From positions 6,392 through 70,391 of the forward strand of contig LCCV01000003.1 in NCBI GenBank assembly GCA_000998135.1: a stretch of DNA of 64,000 nucleotides, in the 5' to 3' direction. The notes beneath the pieces were generated by a model, which was given only the letters and a program-made list of their open reading frames with translations, had not been told where the DNA came from and did no database searches. Below are positions 36,511 to 44,918 of this stretch, piece by piece (within the stretch, counting starts at the first letter, position 1; each line of letters opens with the position of its first letter). Both the position numbers and the translations under genes were made by a program. The DNA is from Parcubacteria group bacterium GW2011_GWA2_42_14. Its GTDB lineage: Bacteria > Patescibacteriota > Minisyncoccia > Sungbacterales > GWA2-42-14.

Positions 36511-37470
36511 TTGTCTAAATTACGCCTTTTATATATGATACGCTTGATGACTGATAAAAGTTCAAAAATAATAGTAACTGGCGGTGCAGGTTTTATCGGC
36601 TCTAATCTCGTTGATGGGTTAGTTAACGAGGGGTATTCAAACATTCATGTTATTGATAATCTTGTCGCGGGAAAAGAGGAGTATGTAAATCCTTCAGCTC
36701 AACTTCATAAACTTGATATCAGGGATTTTGACGCGATTGTTCCTATTTTTCAAGGCGCCCGTTTTGTGTTTCATCTTGCTGCTCTTCCGCGGGTTCAGCC
36801 GTCCATTCTTGACCCGCGCACAACACACGACGTTAATGTTACCGGAACGCTTAATGTCTTTCTTGCCGCCCGCGATGGCGGAGTAAGGCGCGTTATATAT
36901 TCGGCATCTTCTTCGGCCTACGGCGACCAGAAAACATTGCCTCTTAAAGAAGAAATGGAGGCCTGTCCTCAAAGCCCCTATGGACTTCAGAAGTATGAAG
37001 GAGAGCTTCTTGCCCGTCTTTTTTCGGAGTTATACGGCCTTGAGACAGTGTCGCTTAGGTATTTTAACGTGTATGGTCCTCGCGCCGCCTCAGACGGGGC
37101 GTATGCATTAGTAATCGCCATATTTCTTAATCAGCGAAAAAAAGGCGAACCAATGACTATTGTTCCTGATGGAACACAGTCGCGCGATTATACGCATGTC
37201 AGCGATGTTGTCCGCGCTAATATTCTTGCGGCAACATCTTCCAATGTCGGCAAGGGAGAAGTTATTAATATCGGGGGAGGACATAATCGTACGGTGTTGG
37301 AAGTAGCCAAGTTTATCGGTGGCCCTACGGTTTTTATTGAACATAGGATTGAGCCTAAACATACGTTTGCGGACATTTCCCTCGCTAAAAATCTTTTGGG
37401 CTGGGAGCCGCAAGTAAAATTTGAAGAGGGGATTCAAGAGTTGAAAAAGATGTATGATTTGACGGATTAA
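36511..37470 (+). CDS. NAD-dependent epimerase/dehydratase (UDP-sugar 4-epimerase-like)
   Basis: IIVTGGAGFIGSNLV... SDR-type Rossmann fold with YxxxK context. The true start is probably the internal Met near 36550. Confidence 0.85.
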   Translation: MSKLRLLYMIRLMTDKSSKIIVTGGAGFIGSNLVDGLVNEGYSNIHVIDNLVAGKEEYVNPSAQLHKLDIRDFDAIVPIFQGARFVFHLAALPRVQPSILDPRTTHDVNVTGTLNVFLAARDGGVRRVIYSASSSAYGDQKTLPLKEEMEACPQSPYGLQKYEGELLARLFSELYGLETVSLRYFNVYGPRAASDGAYALVIAIFLNQRKKGEPMTIVPDGTQSRDYTHVSDVVRANILAATSSNVGKGEVINIGGGHNRTVLEVAKFIGGPTVFIEHRIEPKHTFADISLAKNLLGWEPQVKFEEGIQELKKMYDLTD

Positions 37471-37511
37471 TATTTTTTTACCACACTCGCTCGCTAGTTA
37501 GGATTTTTCTA

Positions 37512-37565
37512 AAATTTATCTAAATTTACATTGAACGATCGGTCAATAGTGATTTAGATAAAAAA
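37512..37565. promoter_or_regulatory. palindromic operator-like element (tttatctaaat...TTGAACGatcgGTCAA...atttagataaa), left copy
   Basis: Near-perfect inverted repeats. A second copy lies at 38153-38210, on the other side of the regulator gene. Confidence 0.5.
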
Positions 37566-37566
37566 T

Positions 37567-38103
37567 ATGGAATTAAAACATCTTATACTTCAAAAAATTG
37601 CTGAATTGGGCGAGGTGATGCTTAACGGTTTTTTCCCGTCCAAATACCCGGAAGCAAGATTATGGCGTAATCTGCTCGGAGCCGAGTCCTCCTATAAATT
37701 TTCCAAACCGACTTTTTCCGCGATACTGACTCAATTACGGGAGGAGGGATTTGTTAAGCGGAAGAACACAAGAAAGAAATCTGAGTGGCATATTACGTCC
37801 AAGGGTTTAAAGCATCTTCAGTTTAAAAAGGCGTTCAATGCCAATGCGATAATGGTAAAAAAAGACGGTATTGCGCGCATTGTGTGTTTTGATATCCCGG
37901 AGCGGGAAAGGAAGAAACGGCGCTGGATTCGGGAAGAGTTATTAAGTTTGGGGTACCAGCCGCTTCAAAAAAGCGTCTGGCTGGGATTTTCTCCAATATC
38001 GGAAGATTTTTTTAAAGATCTGGAGTTGCTTTCATTGCGAAGTTATATCCATATTTTTAGCGTGGATAAAAAAGGCACTATTGAAAAGACGTGGCAGGGG
38101 TAG
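37567..38103 (+). CDS. wHTH plus Cas2/VapD-like-fold regulator (PaaX-family-like)
   Basis: N-terminal wHTH (SAILTQLREEGFVKRK). The C-terminal RIVCFDIPERERKKRRWIREELLSLGYQPLQKSVWL resembles the PaaX_C / Cas2-like core. Confidence 0.4.
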   Translation: MELKHLILQKIAELGEVMLNGFFPSKYPEARLWRNLLGAESSYKFSKPTFSAILTQLREEGFVKRKNTRKKSEWHITSKGLKHLQFKKAFNANAIMVKKDGIARIVCFDIPERERKKRRWIREELLSLGYQPLQKSVWLGFSPISEDFFKDLELLSLRSYIHIFSVDKKGTIEKTWQG

Positions 38104-38152
38104 TAGACGTGAAAGTAAAAAATTCCCTTTTTATGCTTCTTTCCTTGTTTAG

Positions 38153-38210
38153 AAAATTTATCTAAATTGCTATTGAACGACCGTTCAAGGTAAATTTAGA
38201 TAAATTTTTT
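38153..38210. promoter_or_regulatory. palindromic operator-like element, right copy (TTGAACGacCGTTCAA core flanked by tttatctaaat / atttagataaa)
   Basis: Perfect 7+7 inverted repeat with a 2-nt spacer, embedded in a larger AT-rich palindrome. Confidence 0.5.
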
Positions 38211-38395
38211 ACCAGTTTTTCCTGGATAATAATCGATACCGGAATCATTGTGTTAGTTTCTTGAAGTCGCCCCGTCGGGTTTGCATTTTAAGCTGGTTTT
38301 TGTTATAAAGGTTATGCCGTTGGCTGGGGTCAGCTTGACGGGTGAGTTCTTTGACGGTGTGTCCCTCCCTGTAGAATTGAGGGGCAAAACAAATC

Positions 38396-39394
38396 TTGTC
38401 CGCCAGGGCGGACATGACAGCCTGCCCGGCTGTAGAAAGAGGCAAAATGTCCGGCACGAACGACCTTATGCGCATTTCGGCTATTGTCCAGGATGTTTTT
38501 GAACCGCTTCATACTGGCATAAGTTTGGTTTTCACCATCGCGCCAAATGGCAAAGTGTGGGGGAAACGGCTTGATGTAAAAAGCACAAGCAGAGATGTTG
38601 AGCTTGAAATTTTTTCCGGCACCGATGACGGGTATGTGCTTTGGAAATTAGACGGGGGCAACCGGGTCCGGCGTTACCCCAATGTTTTGACTATCGAACA
38701 AAGGCGTAAGGTTGATATGATAATGTTTGAGGAGCGAACGATAACTCATCTTTTGAGCACGATCGTTGTGCTGGCCCCTATAAATCTTCCCGACAATTAT
38801 TTGCCGTCAATGCGGCCATATTTACTTTTTCGGGGTCTGCATGAGCAACCTGCCTTACGGCGAAATATTTTTGCGCATGTTGTTGATTGTTCAGATGATT
38901 CTTCTCCGTTGGCGGGGAGTAAGGGCGGCTTATGGTCAATTCAATATTGTGATAAAAGATTTTCTTTCGTCTTTTTCGATCCCAGAGAACAAGATGAATA
39001 CTTGCAAGGAAGAAAGTTAGAGAGGAATGAATATTCTATTGCTAATGTATGTTTGCATCAGCGCGCGGAGAATAATAAGACAATTTTTCCACGGCATGAA
39101 TTTTATGCAGTACAAGCGCAAAATGGCGAATTCGACCTTTTTCGTTCCGGCGCGTTTCAGAGACAGAAGCTCTTTTTACGGCCCGTTGTGCGCGTAACAT
39201 ATGGCGGGCATGATTTCTTTGATTATTTCAAGGTGGATGACGTTTTGCTGCTTCTTGAAGAATTCAGGACAACAGAAACGGATTCGGAGTTTACGTGGAC
39301 TATCGCGGTTGCTCAAAATAAGTTTATACGGAACATATTGCGTTTGCACTCAAATAGCAAAACTCTTTTTCAGGCGTTAAAAATTCAAAAATAA
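38396..39394 (+). CDS. hypothetical protein (332 aa; GC-rich 5' region)
   Basis: Long ORF with no recognisable motif. It lies immediately downstream of the right operator-like palindrome. Confidence 0.4.
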   Translation: MSARADMTACPAVERGKMSGTNDLMRISAIVQDVFEPLHTGISLVFTIAPNGKVWGKRLDVKSTSRDVELEIFSGTDDGYVLWKLDGGNRVRRYPNVLTIEQRRKVDMIMFEERTITHLLSTIVVLAPINLPDNYLPSMRPYLLFRGLHEQPALRRNIFAHVVDCSDDSSPLAGSKGGLWSIQYCDKRFSFVFFDPREQDEYLQGRKLERNEYSIANVCLHQRAENNKTIFPRHEFYAVQAQNGEFDLFRSGAFQRQKLFLRPVVRVTYGGHDFFDYFKVDDVLLLLEEFRTTETDSEFTWTIAVAQNKFIRNILRLHSNSKTLFQALKIQK

Positions 39395-39448
39395 GTGGCT
39401 TTTATGCCGCTTTATTTTTTTTAAAAAATCTATATACTAAGTAATGGT

Positions 39449-40189
39449 ATGTTAGAAATATCAATTGGGGCGGAAAAAATATTTGAAGTGGCAGGGTTTC
39501 CTATTACTAATACGCTTTTGACGACCTGGATGGTGGTCGGTTTTTTTGTTGTCGTAAGCCAGTTATTGGTTAGGCGGCTTCAGTTGGTTCCGGCCGGCAT
39601 CCAAAGTGTTTTTGAAGCGGTCATTGAAGGGGTGCTCGGCATGATGGACGGTGTTTTGGGAGAGCGGAAAAGGTCAGAAAAATATTTTCCCTTGATCGCA
39701 ACAATCTTTCTTTTTGTCATATCTTCCAATTGGTTCGGTATTTTTCCCGGGTTCGGGTCAATCGGTTTTAATGAAATTTATGAAGGAAATGAAGTGTTTA
39801 TCCCATTTTTTCGGTCCGGGGCGGCAGATCTTAATTTTACTCTTGCTCTTGCCATCATTTCCGTTATTTCGGTGCAGTTTTTGGGAATCGCGGCGATAGG
39901 GTTTTTCAAGCATGCAAAGAAGTATTTCACCTTTAAAAACCCCATTGAAACCTTTGTTGGGCTACTTGAATTTATCTCCGAAATTGCTAAAATGATTTCG
40001 TTCTCGTTTCGGCTGTTTGGGAACGTTTTTGCCGGGGAGGTTCTTCTTATTATAATGGGGTTTTTGGTGCCGTATTTCGTTCCTGTTCCATTCTTGTTTC
40101 TTGAGTTATTTGTCGGTTTTATCCAGGCGCTGGTGTTTGCCATGCTGACGCTTGTGTTTCTCGGCATGGCGGTATCGGAGCATCATTAA
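39449..40189 (+). CDS. atpB: F0F1 ATP synthase subunit a
   Basis: ...RLFGNVFAGEVLL...LELFVGFIQALVFAMLTLVFLG is the C-terminal signature of subunit a. Confidence 0.9.
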   Translation: MLEISIGAEKIFEVAGFPITNTLLTTWMVVGFFVVVSQLLVRRLQLVPAGIQSVFEAVIEGVLGMMDGVLGERKRSEKYFPLIATIFLFVISSNWFGIFPGFGSIGFNEIYEGNEVFIPFFRSGAADLNFTLALAIISVISVQFLGIAAIGFFKHAKKYFTFKNPIETFVGLLEFISEIAKMISFSFRLFGNVFAGEVLLIIMGFLVPYFVPVPFLFLELFVGFIQALVFAMLTLVFLGMAVSEHH

Positions 40190-40190
40190 G

Positions 40191-40260
40191 TTAACCAACA
40201 ACCGATAACCAACAACTCACAACAGGACTGTTGTAAGTTGTAAGTTATAAGTTGTAAGTC
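40191..40260. repeat. 7-nt-periodic palindromic element (acaaccg ataacca acaactc ... gtaagtt gtaagtt ataagtt), paralog of 18583-18659
   Basis: Shares ttaaccaacaac...ctgttgt.agttgt.agttgtaagtt ataagt with the rnc-downstream copy. Confidence 0.8.
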
Positions 40261-40266
40261 AATAAT

Positions 40267-40494
40267 ATGGAGTCAGAATCAATGAAACTTTTGGCAACGG
40301 CCATTGTTATGGCGGTTGGGACCGTCGGTCCGGCGCTTGCCATCGGCATGCTTGCCTCAAAAGGCCTTCAGGCAATAGGTCGGAATCCGGAAGCATCGGG
40401 AAAAATTCAGACGGCGATGATTTTAGCAATTGCTTTTGCCGAGGCCATTGCGATATACGCGCTGGTAGTGGCCCTTATTATAAAGTTTGTGTAG
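40267..40494 (+). CDS. atpE: F0F1 ATP synthase subunit c
   Basis: A two-helix proteolipid: LAIGMLASKGLQAIGRNPEASGKIQTAMILAIAFAEAIAIYALVVALII. Confidence 0.9.
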   Translation: MESESMKLLATAIVMAVGTVGPALAIGMLASKGLQAIGRNPEASGKIQTAMILAIAFAEAIAIYALVVALIIKFV

Positions 40495-41062
40495 AGACAA
40501 GAGACATGAGACAAGAGACATGGAAGTTGAAACATGTCGCATGTCGCATGTCGCATGTCGCATGTCAGAATTAATTCACCAATTTGGCATTGAATGGAAA
40601 ATTCTGGTCGCCCAGATAGTTAATTTTTTTATTTTGCTTGTTATTCTGAAGAAATTCGCGTATGGCCCGATTTTAAATATTTTAAAGGAGCGAAGGAAAA
40701 AAATTGAAGAAGGGCTTTTGGCCGCGGAAGAATCGCAAAAAAAGCTTGGTGAGGCCGAGAAAGAAAAAGAGGGGATTTTGACAGATGCCAGAAAAGAATC
40801 GATCGGTATCATCCAAAAATCGGAAGTAACGGCCAGAGAAAAAGAAAGCCAAATTTTAACCGAGGCAGGCAAAAAAGCCGAAGGAATTTTCGTTGAAGAA
40901 AAAGCAAAAATTCACGAGGAAAAGCTAAAAATGAAAGAAGACATATACAAAGAATTTTCGGTATTTTTGAAAGAAGCATTAGCAAAAATTGTTGAAAAGT
41001 CGCCGCAAGATTTGGACGATAATTTAATACAAGAAACTTTGCGGGAATTGAAGGAAATGTAA
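40487..41062 (+). CDS. atpF: F0F1 ATP synthase subunit b (the annotated N-terminus over-extends through a heptamer repeat; likely start near 40565, MSELIHQF...)
   Basis: A TM helix (ILVAQIVNFFILLVIL) is followed by a long charged coiled coil. The first ~26 codons are encoded by gagacaa / catgtcg repeats. Confidence 0.7.
   Translation: MCRDKRHETRDMEVETCRMSHVACRMSELIHQFGIEWKILVAQIVNFFILLVILKKFAYGPILNILKERRKKIEEGLLAAEESQKKLGEAEKEKEGILTDARKESIGIIQKSEVTAREKESQILTEAGKKAEGIFVEEKAKIHEEKLKMKEDIYKEFSVFLKEALAKIVEKSPQDLDDNLIQETLRELKEM
40494..40567. repeat. heptamer tandem repeats (gagacaa gagacat x2; catgtcg x4) between atpE and atpF
   Basis: 7-nt periodicity. It generates an artefactual N-terminal extension on the atpF ORF. 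Confidence 0.85.
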
Positions 41063-41313
41063 AAAGTGTCATGGAAAATGAAAAACCCGCCAGACGTCTT
41101 AAGGACTTGGCGGGGGCAGAAAGTTGCCAGCTGTTTTCAAGAAGCGACAGAGATATCACGGGAAGTGATATCTCGCAATCCTGCCTGTTCCGAGCAGTGC
41201 CGGGGGAAGCGAGATTGAGGGATAAAAAGTGTTATATGAACAGCAATTCGTGAAGAGCCATACGGTTGGGAAAATTTGTTGGAGCTTTTGTCCGATTCAA
41301 TTAGAATAATGTT

Positions 41314-41802
41314 ATGCATAAAAAGGAGAATAATTTCGCTTTTATAGATAATACCAATGTGCATAAGGGCATCCAGATGCTCGGGTGGAAATTAGATTTA
41401 GCGAAATTTAGGAAACTGCTTATGGAGCGATACGGTGTTACCCGTGCATATATGTTTATAGGGTATCTTGCCGGTAATCAAGACATGTATCGGGATTTTC
41501 AGAATATGGGATATACGTTGATTTTCAAACCGACGCTCCTTAACAAAAACGGTGAAGTAAAAGGCAATTGTGATGCGGAGTTAGTGTTGCAAGTCATGAT
41601 TGACCTTAGTGAATATGGGAAAGCCGTGATTGTTACGGGTGACGGCGATTTTCAATGCCTCGTGAAGCATTTGAGAAAAATCGGCAAATTGGGCTATGTC
41701 GTTAGCCCAAACATAAAATGGTGCTCAATTTTGTTAAAACGCGAGGCGAGAAGTAACCACGTATTTATTGAAGAAATGAGGTCTAGGTTGGAGTTGAAAT
41801 GA
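41314..41802 (+). CDS. NYN-domain (LabA-like) protein inserted in the ATP synthase operon
   Basis: FIDNTNV...AVIVTGDGDF is the NYN/LabA signature. Confidence 0.7.
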   Translation: MHKKENNFAFIDNTNVHKGIQMLGWKLDLAKFRKLLMERYGVTRAYMFIGYLAGNQDMYRDFQNMGYTLIFKPTLLNKNGEVKGNCDAELVLQVMIDLSEYGKAVIVTGDGDFQCLVKHLRKIGKLGYVVSPNIKWCSILLKREARSNHVFIEEMRSRLELK

Positions 41803-41936
41803 AAAGGGCCCCTGATGGGACGAACCTATTAAGGGACCTTTTCGTATTGATACCACTAGTATAGCAAATGGAGGACTATTGTCAAGCGGGTGGGGATAAC
41901 TAGATTTCTCATTCGCATAGCACATCAAAAAGTGTT

Positions 41937-42360
41937 ATGGAAAGCAATAATGAGAAAAAAGAGAAATTCTACGCTGGCGGATTTCTGTATAACCCCCAAA
42001 TAAAATCGGTGCTTTTGCATCACCGCGATGATAAAACACCAATTCACCCGAATCAGTGGGGATTTTTTGGGGGTCAGAACGAAGGTAGCGAATCGCCAAA
42101 AGAATGTTTTATACGGGAATTGAAAGAAGAGCTCGGCGTTGAAGTGTGGGAAAGTGAAGTGAAGGTATTGTGCGATTATTTGAATAAAAATCGCGGAACT
42201 TGGCGTTCTATTCTATGTTCAAAGTAAACTAGATAAATCGCAAATGACACTTGGGGAAGGGGCGGGTTTTGACTGGATACCGCTTGCAAAAGTATTTGAG
42301 TATGATTTAACTGAGAAAACGGCCCACGATTTAAAAACATTCCTGCGGTTAAAGGAGTAA
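41937..42360 (+). pseudogene. NUDIX hydrolase, apparently frameshifted near 42215-42230
   Basis: The Nudix box GGQNEGSESPKECFIRELKEELGV lies in frame 0, which ends at 42227. The C-terminal-like remainder (LGEGAGFDWIPL...) continues in the +1 frame up to 42360. Confidence 0.45.
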
Positions 42361-42415
42361 ATATAAGAGGAGTTAGGGTAATAAATAAAGAAATTTAAAA
42401 AAGTCAGGTCATTTT

Positions 42416-42784
42416 ATGAAATACCAGTCCAAAATTTATGCCCGAGCTTTTTTGGGGGCGTATGAAAAAAAATCCGCGCCGGAAACGGTCAGGAGGTTTT
42501 TAGGCCTTGTCAGAAAAAACGGCGATTTTTCAAAATTGCCGAAAATTTTGTACGATTTTAAAAAACTTTATAATAAAAATCATGGAATTAAGGAGGTAAA
42601 AGTGGAAATAGCGCGAGAGGATAAAAGCATAATCAATCAAGTTAAAGAAATTTTAAAATTAAAACAGGAGCCGGAAGTTGAAATCAAAAAAGAAATTTTA
42701 GGAGGTGTTATTGTTTCTATTGATGATGAAGTTATTGTTGATGGAAGTATTAAGTCAAGAATTGATAATATGTTTAGGAATTAG
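42416..42784 (+). CDS. atpH: F0F1 ATP synthase subunit delta (short form)
   Basis: By its position in the operon and its C-terminus ...ILGGVIVSIDDEVIVDGSIKSRIDNM, which resembles the delta C-terminus. Confidence 0.7.
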   Translation: MKYQSKIYARAFLGAYEKKSAPETVRRFLGLVRKNGDFSKLPKILYDFKKLYNKNHGIKEVKVEIAREDKSIINQVKEILKLKQEPEVEIKKEILGGVIVSIDDEVIVDGSIKSRIDNMFRN

Positions 42785-42830
42785 AAACGGAATTACGCTG
42801 ATTGAGTACGCTGAAATACGCTGAAAAAAC

Positions 42831-43247
42831 ATGAACAAAGTTAAAGATTTTTTATATGAAAGAGAATCGTATGAAATTCGTGGCGCCATTTTTGAAGTTT
42901 GGAAAAACTTTAGGGGAGTTTTTAAGGAAAAGATAATTGAGAATGCCCTGAAGAAAGAATTGAGGTATAGAGGATTTATTGTAGAATCACAGAAGAAAAT
43001 AGACATTTACTATAAAGGCGAGAAGGTTGACAATTATACTCCAGATATTATTGTTAATAATTCCATTCTTATGGAATTAAAATCGAAGTCATTTTTAACC
43101 AAAGAAGACGAAAGGCAATTTTGGTATTATTTACGAGGAAGCCAGTACATATTAGGATTTTTAGTTAACTTCGGTTCAAAAGAAATAGAAATAAGGAGGA
43201 GAATTTATGATAAGGCCAGAGAGCAATATAAAGAAATTAGCGTTTAA
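42831..43247 (+). CDS. GxxExxY / PD-(D/E)XK (PDDEXK_3-like) family protein inserted between atpH and atpA
   Basis: ESYEIRGAIFEVWKNFRGVFKEKIIENAL...IYYKGEKVDNYTPDIIVNNSILMELKSK...LGFLVNFG matches this family as I recall it. It is flanked by tacgctga / tcagcgta repeats. Confidence 0.7.
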   Translation: MNKVKDFLYERESYEIRGAIFEVWKNFRGVFKEKIIENALKKELRYRGFIVESQKKIDIYYKGEKVDNYTPDIIVNNSILMELKSKSFLTKEDERQFWYYLRGSQYILGFLVNFGSKEIEIRRRIYDKAREQYKEISV

Positions 43248-43287
43248 TCAGCGTACTCATCCGTAATATCAGCTTCTACACACATTA

Positions 43288-44907
43288 ATGCAAGAAATAA
43301 TTAATAAGTTAAAAAAAGAAATTGAGGGTTTTAAATCCGAAATCAAGGCCGAAAAAATCGGGCGGGTTTTTGAAGTGGGCGACGGGGTATGCAGAATTTG
43401 GGGGTTATCGGATGCCATGGCGCAGGAGTTGTTGGAAATAGAAACTGATTCGGGCGCGGTAAACGCCATTGCCTTGAATTTAGAGGAAGATTCTATTGGG
43501 GCAGTAATTCTCGGCGATTTTTTGAAAGTGAAAGAAGGAAATGTGGTAAAGGGAACCGGCCGCGTTCTTTCTTTGCGCGTTGGAGATGAACTGGTTGGCA
43601 GAGTTGTAAATGCCTTGGGTGACCCAATTGACGGTAGGGGACCTGTATTTGATACCGTAGACAGTCGCGGACAGGACGCAGTCAAAGCGCGGACAAACGC
43701 AGACCATACGCAGACTGACGCAGAAAGTCCGCGACTGTCCGCGTTAAGTCCGCGTGAGTCCGCGCCTGGATATTACCCGGTAGAAAAGATAGCCCCCGGT
43801 GTAATTACCCGTGAATCCGTAAATACCCCGCTTCATACCGGAATTAAAGCGATTGATGCCATGATTCCCATTGGCAGGGGGCAACGCGAACTTATTATCG
43901 GCGACAGGCAGACCGGAAAAACAGCAATAGTTATTGATGCCATTATTAATCAACAGCAGGATACTTCGCGAAGAACGCCGATTTGCATTTATGTTGCTGT
44001 GGGCCAGAGAGAGTCAAAAGTCGCCAAAATTGTTGCTGAATTGAAAAAGAAAGGAGCGATGAAATATACGATTGTGGTTTCCGCATCCGCATCCGAGCCC
44101 GCGCCCTTGCAATATTTAGCGCCATTTGCCGGATGCGCCATAGGCGAGTACTTCATGGACAAGGGTCAGGACGCATTGGTGATTTATGATGATTTAACCA
44201 AGCATGCTTCAGCTTATCGCCAGGTTTCTCTTTTATTGCGCCGTCCTCCGGGGCGAGAAGCATTTCCCGGAGATATTTTTTATCTTCATTCGCGCTTGCT
44301 TGAAAGAGCCGCGAAACTCAATAAAGATTACGGAGGCGGTTCTTTAACTGCGTTGCCGATTATTGAAACCCAACTTGGCGATGTTTCCGCGTATATTCCA
44401 ACCAATGTCATTTCAATTACCGATGGCCAGATTTATCTTGAGCCGGATTTGTTTTATCAAGGGATAAGGCCCGCTGTAAACGTTGGGTTGTCGGTTTCGC
44501 GCGTGGGTTCGGCCGCTCAAACCAAGGCCATGAAAAAAGTCGCCGGCCGGCTTCGTTTGGATTTAGCGCAATTCCGGGAATTACAGGCATTTGTGCAGTT
44601 TGCTACTGATTTGGACGAATCAACAAAAAAGAGAATTGTCCGCGGACAGGTTTTAACCGAAATTTTAAAGCAGAATGATTTGGAGCCGATGCTGTTTGAA
44701 AAACAGGTAGCGGTTTTATACGCGGGAGTAAACGGATATTTAGATACTATTGATATTGCGGAAATTAAAAATTTTGAAAAGAAGTTTTTGGAATACATTG
44801 AAAAAATGAATGACGACATTTTAGAAAAAATAAAAACCTCCGGAGAATTATCACAGGAGATTGAAGATAGATTAAAGAAAATCATAGAAGATTTCAAAAA
44901 AATGTAG
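43288..44907 (+). CDS. atpA: F0F1 ATP synthase subunit alpha (with a ~38-aa in-frame GC-rich repeat insertion)
   Basis: [17 protein letters not shown] is the Walker A. The insertion [40 protein letters not shown] sits before the conserved PGVITRESV. Confidence 0.95.
   Translation: MQEIINKLKKEIEGFKSEIKAEKIGRVFEVGDGVCRIWGLSDAMAQELLEIETDSGAVNAIALNLEEDSIGAVILGDFLKVKEGNVVKGTGRVLSLRVGDELVGRVVNALGDPIDGRGPVFDTVDSRGQDAVKARTNADHTQTDAESPRLSALSPRESAPGYYPVEKIAPGVITRESVNTPLHTGIKAIDAMIPIGRGQRELIIGDRQTGKTAIVIDAIINQQQDTSRRTPICIYVAVGQRESKVAKIVAELKKKGAMKYTIVVSASASEPAPLQYLAPFAGCAIGEYFMDKGQDALVIYDDLTKHASAYRQVSLLLRRPPGREAFPGDIFYLHSRLLERAAKLNKDYGGGSLTALPIIETQLGDVSAYIPTNVISITDGQIYLEPDLFYQGIRPAVNVGLSVSRVGSAAQTKAMKKVAGRLRLDLAQFRELQAFVQFATDLDESTKKRIVRGQVLTEILKQNDLEPMLFEKQVAVLYAGVNGYLDTIDIAEIKNFEKKFLEYIEKMNDDILEKIKTSGELSQEIEDRLKKIIEDFKKM
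43672..43776 (+). repeat. cgcggac / gtccgcg palindromic repeat cluster inserted in-frame in atpA
   Basis: agtcgcggaca, gcgcggaca, then agtccgcgact, gtccgcgtta, agtccgcgtga, gtccgcgcc. GC is much higher than the flanking coding sequence. Confidence 0.75.
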
Positions 44908-44918
44908 CAGGGTGTCAT

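Noticed and set aside
37512-38210. Possible CRISPR array (repeated ~35-50-bp palindromic units)
   Set aside because: Only two copies, separated by a 540-bp protein-coding gene rather than short spacers. No cas genes are nearby. It is better explained as operator or cassette boundary repeats.
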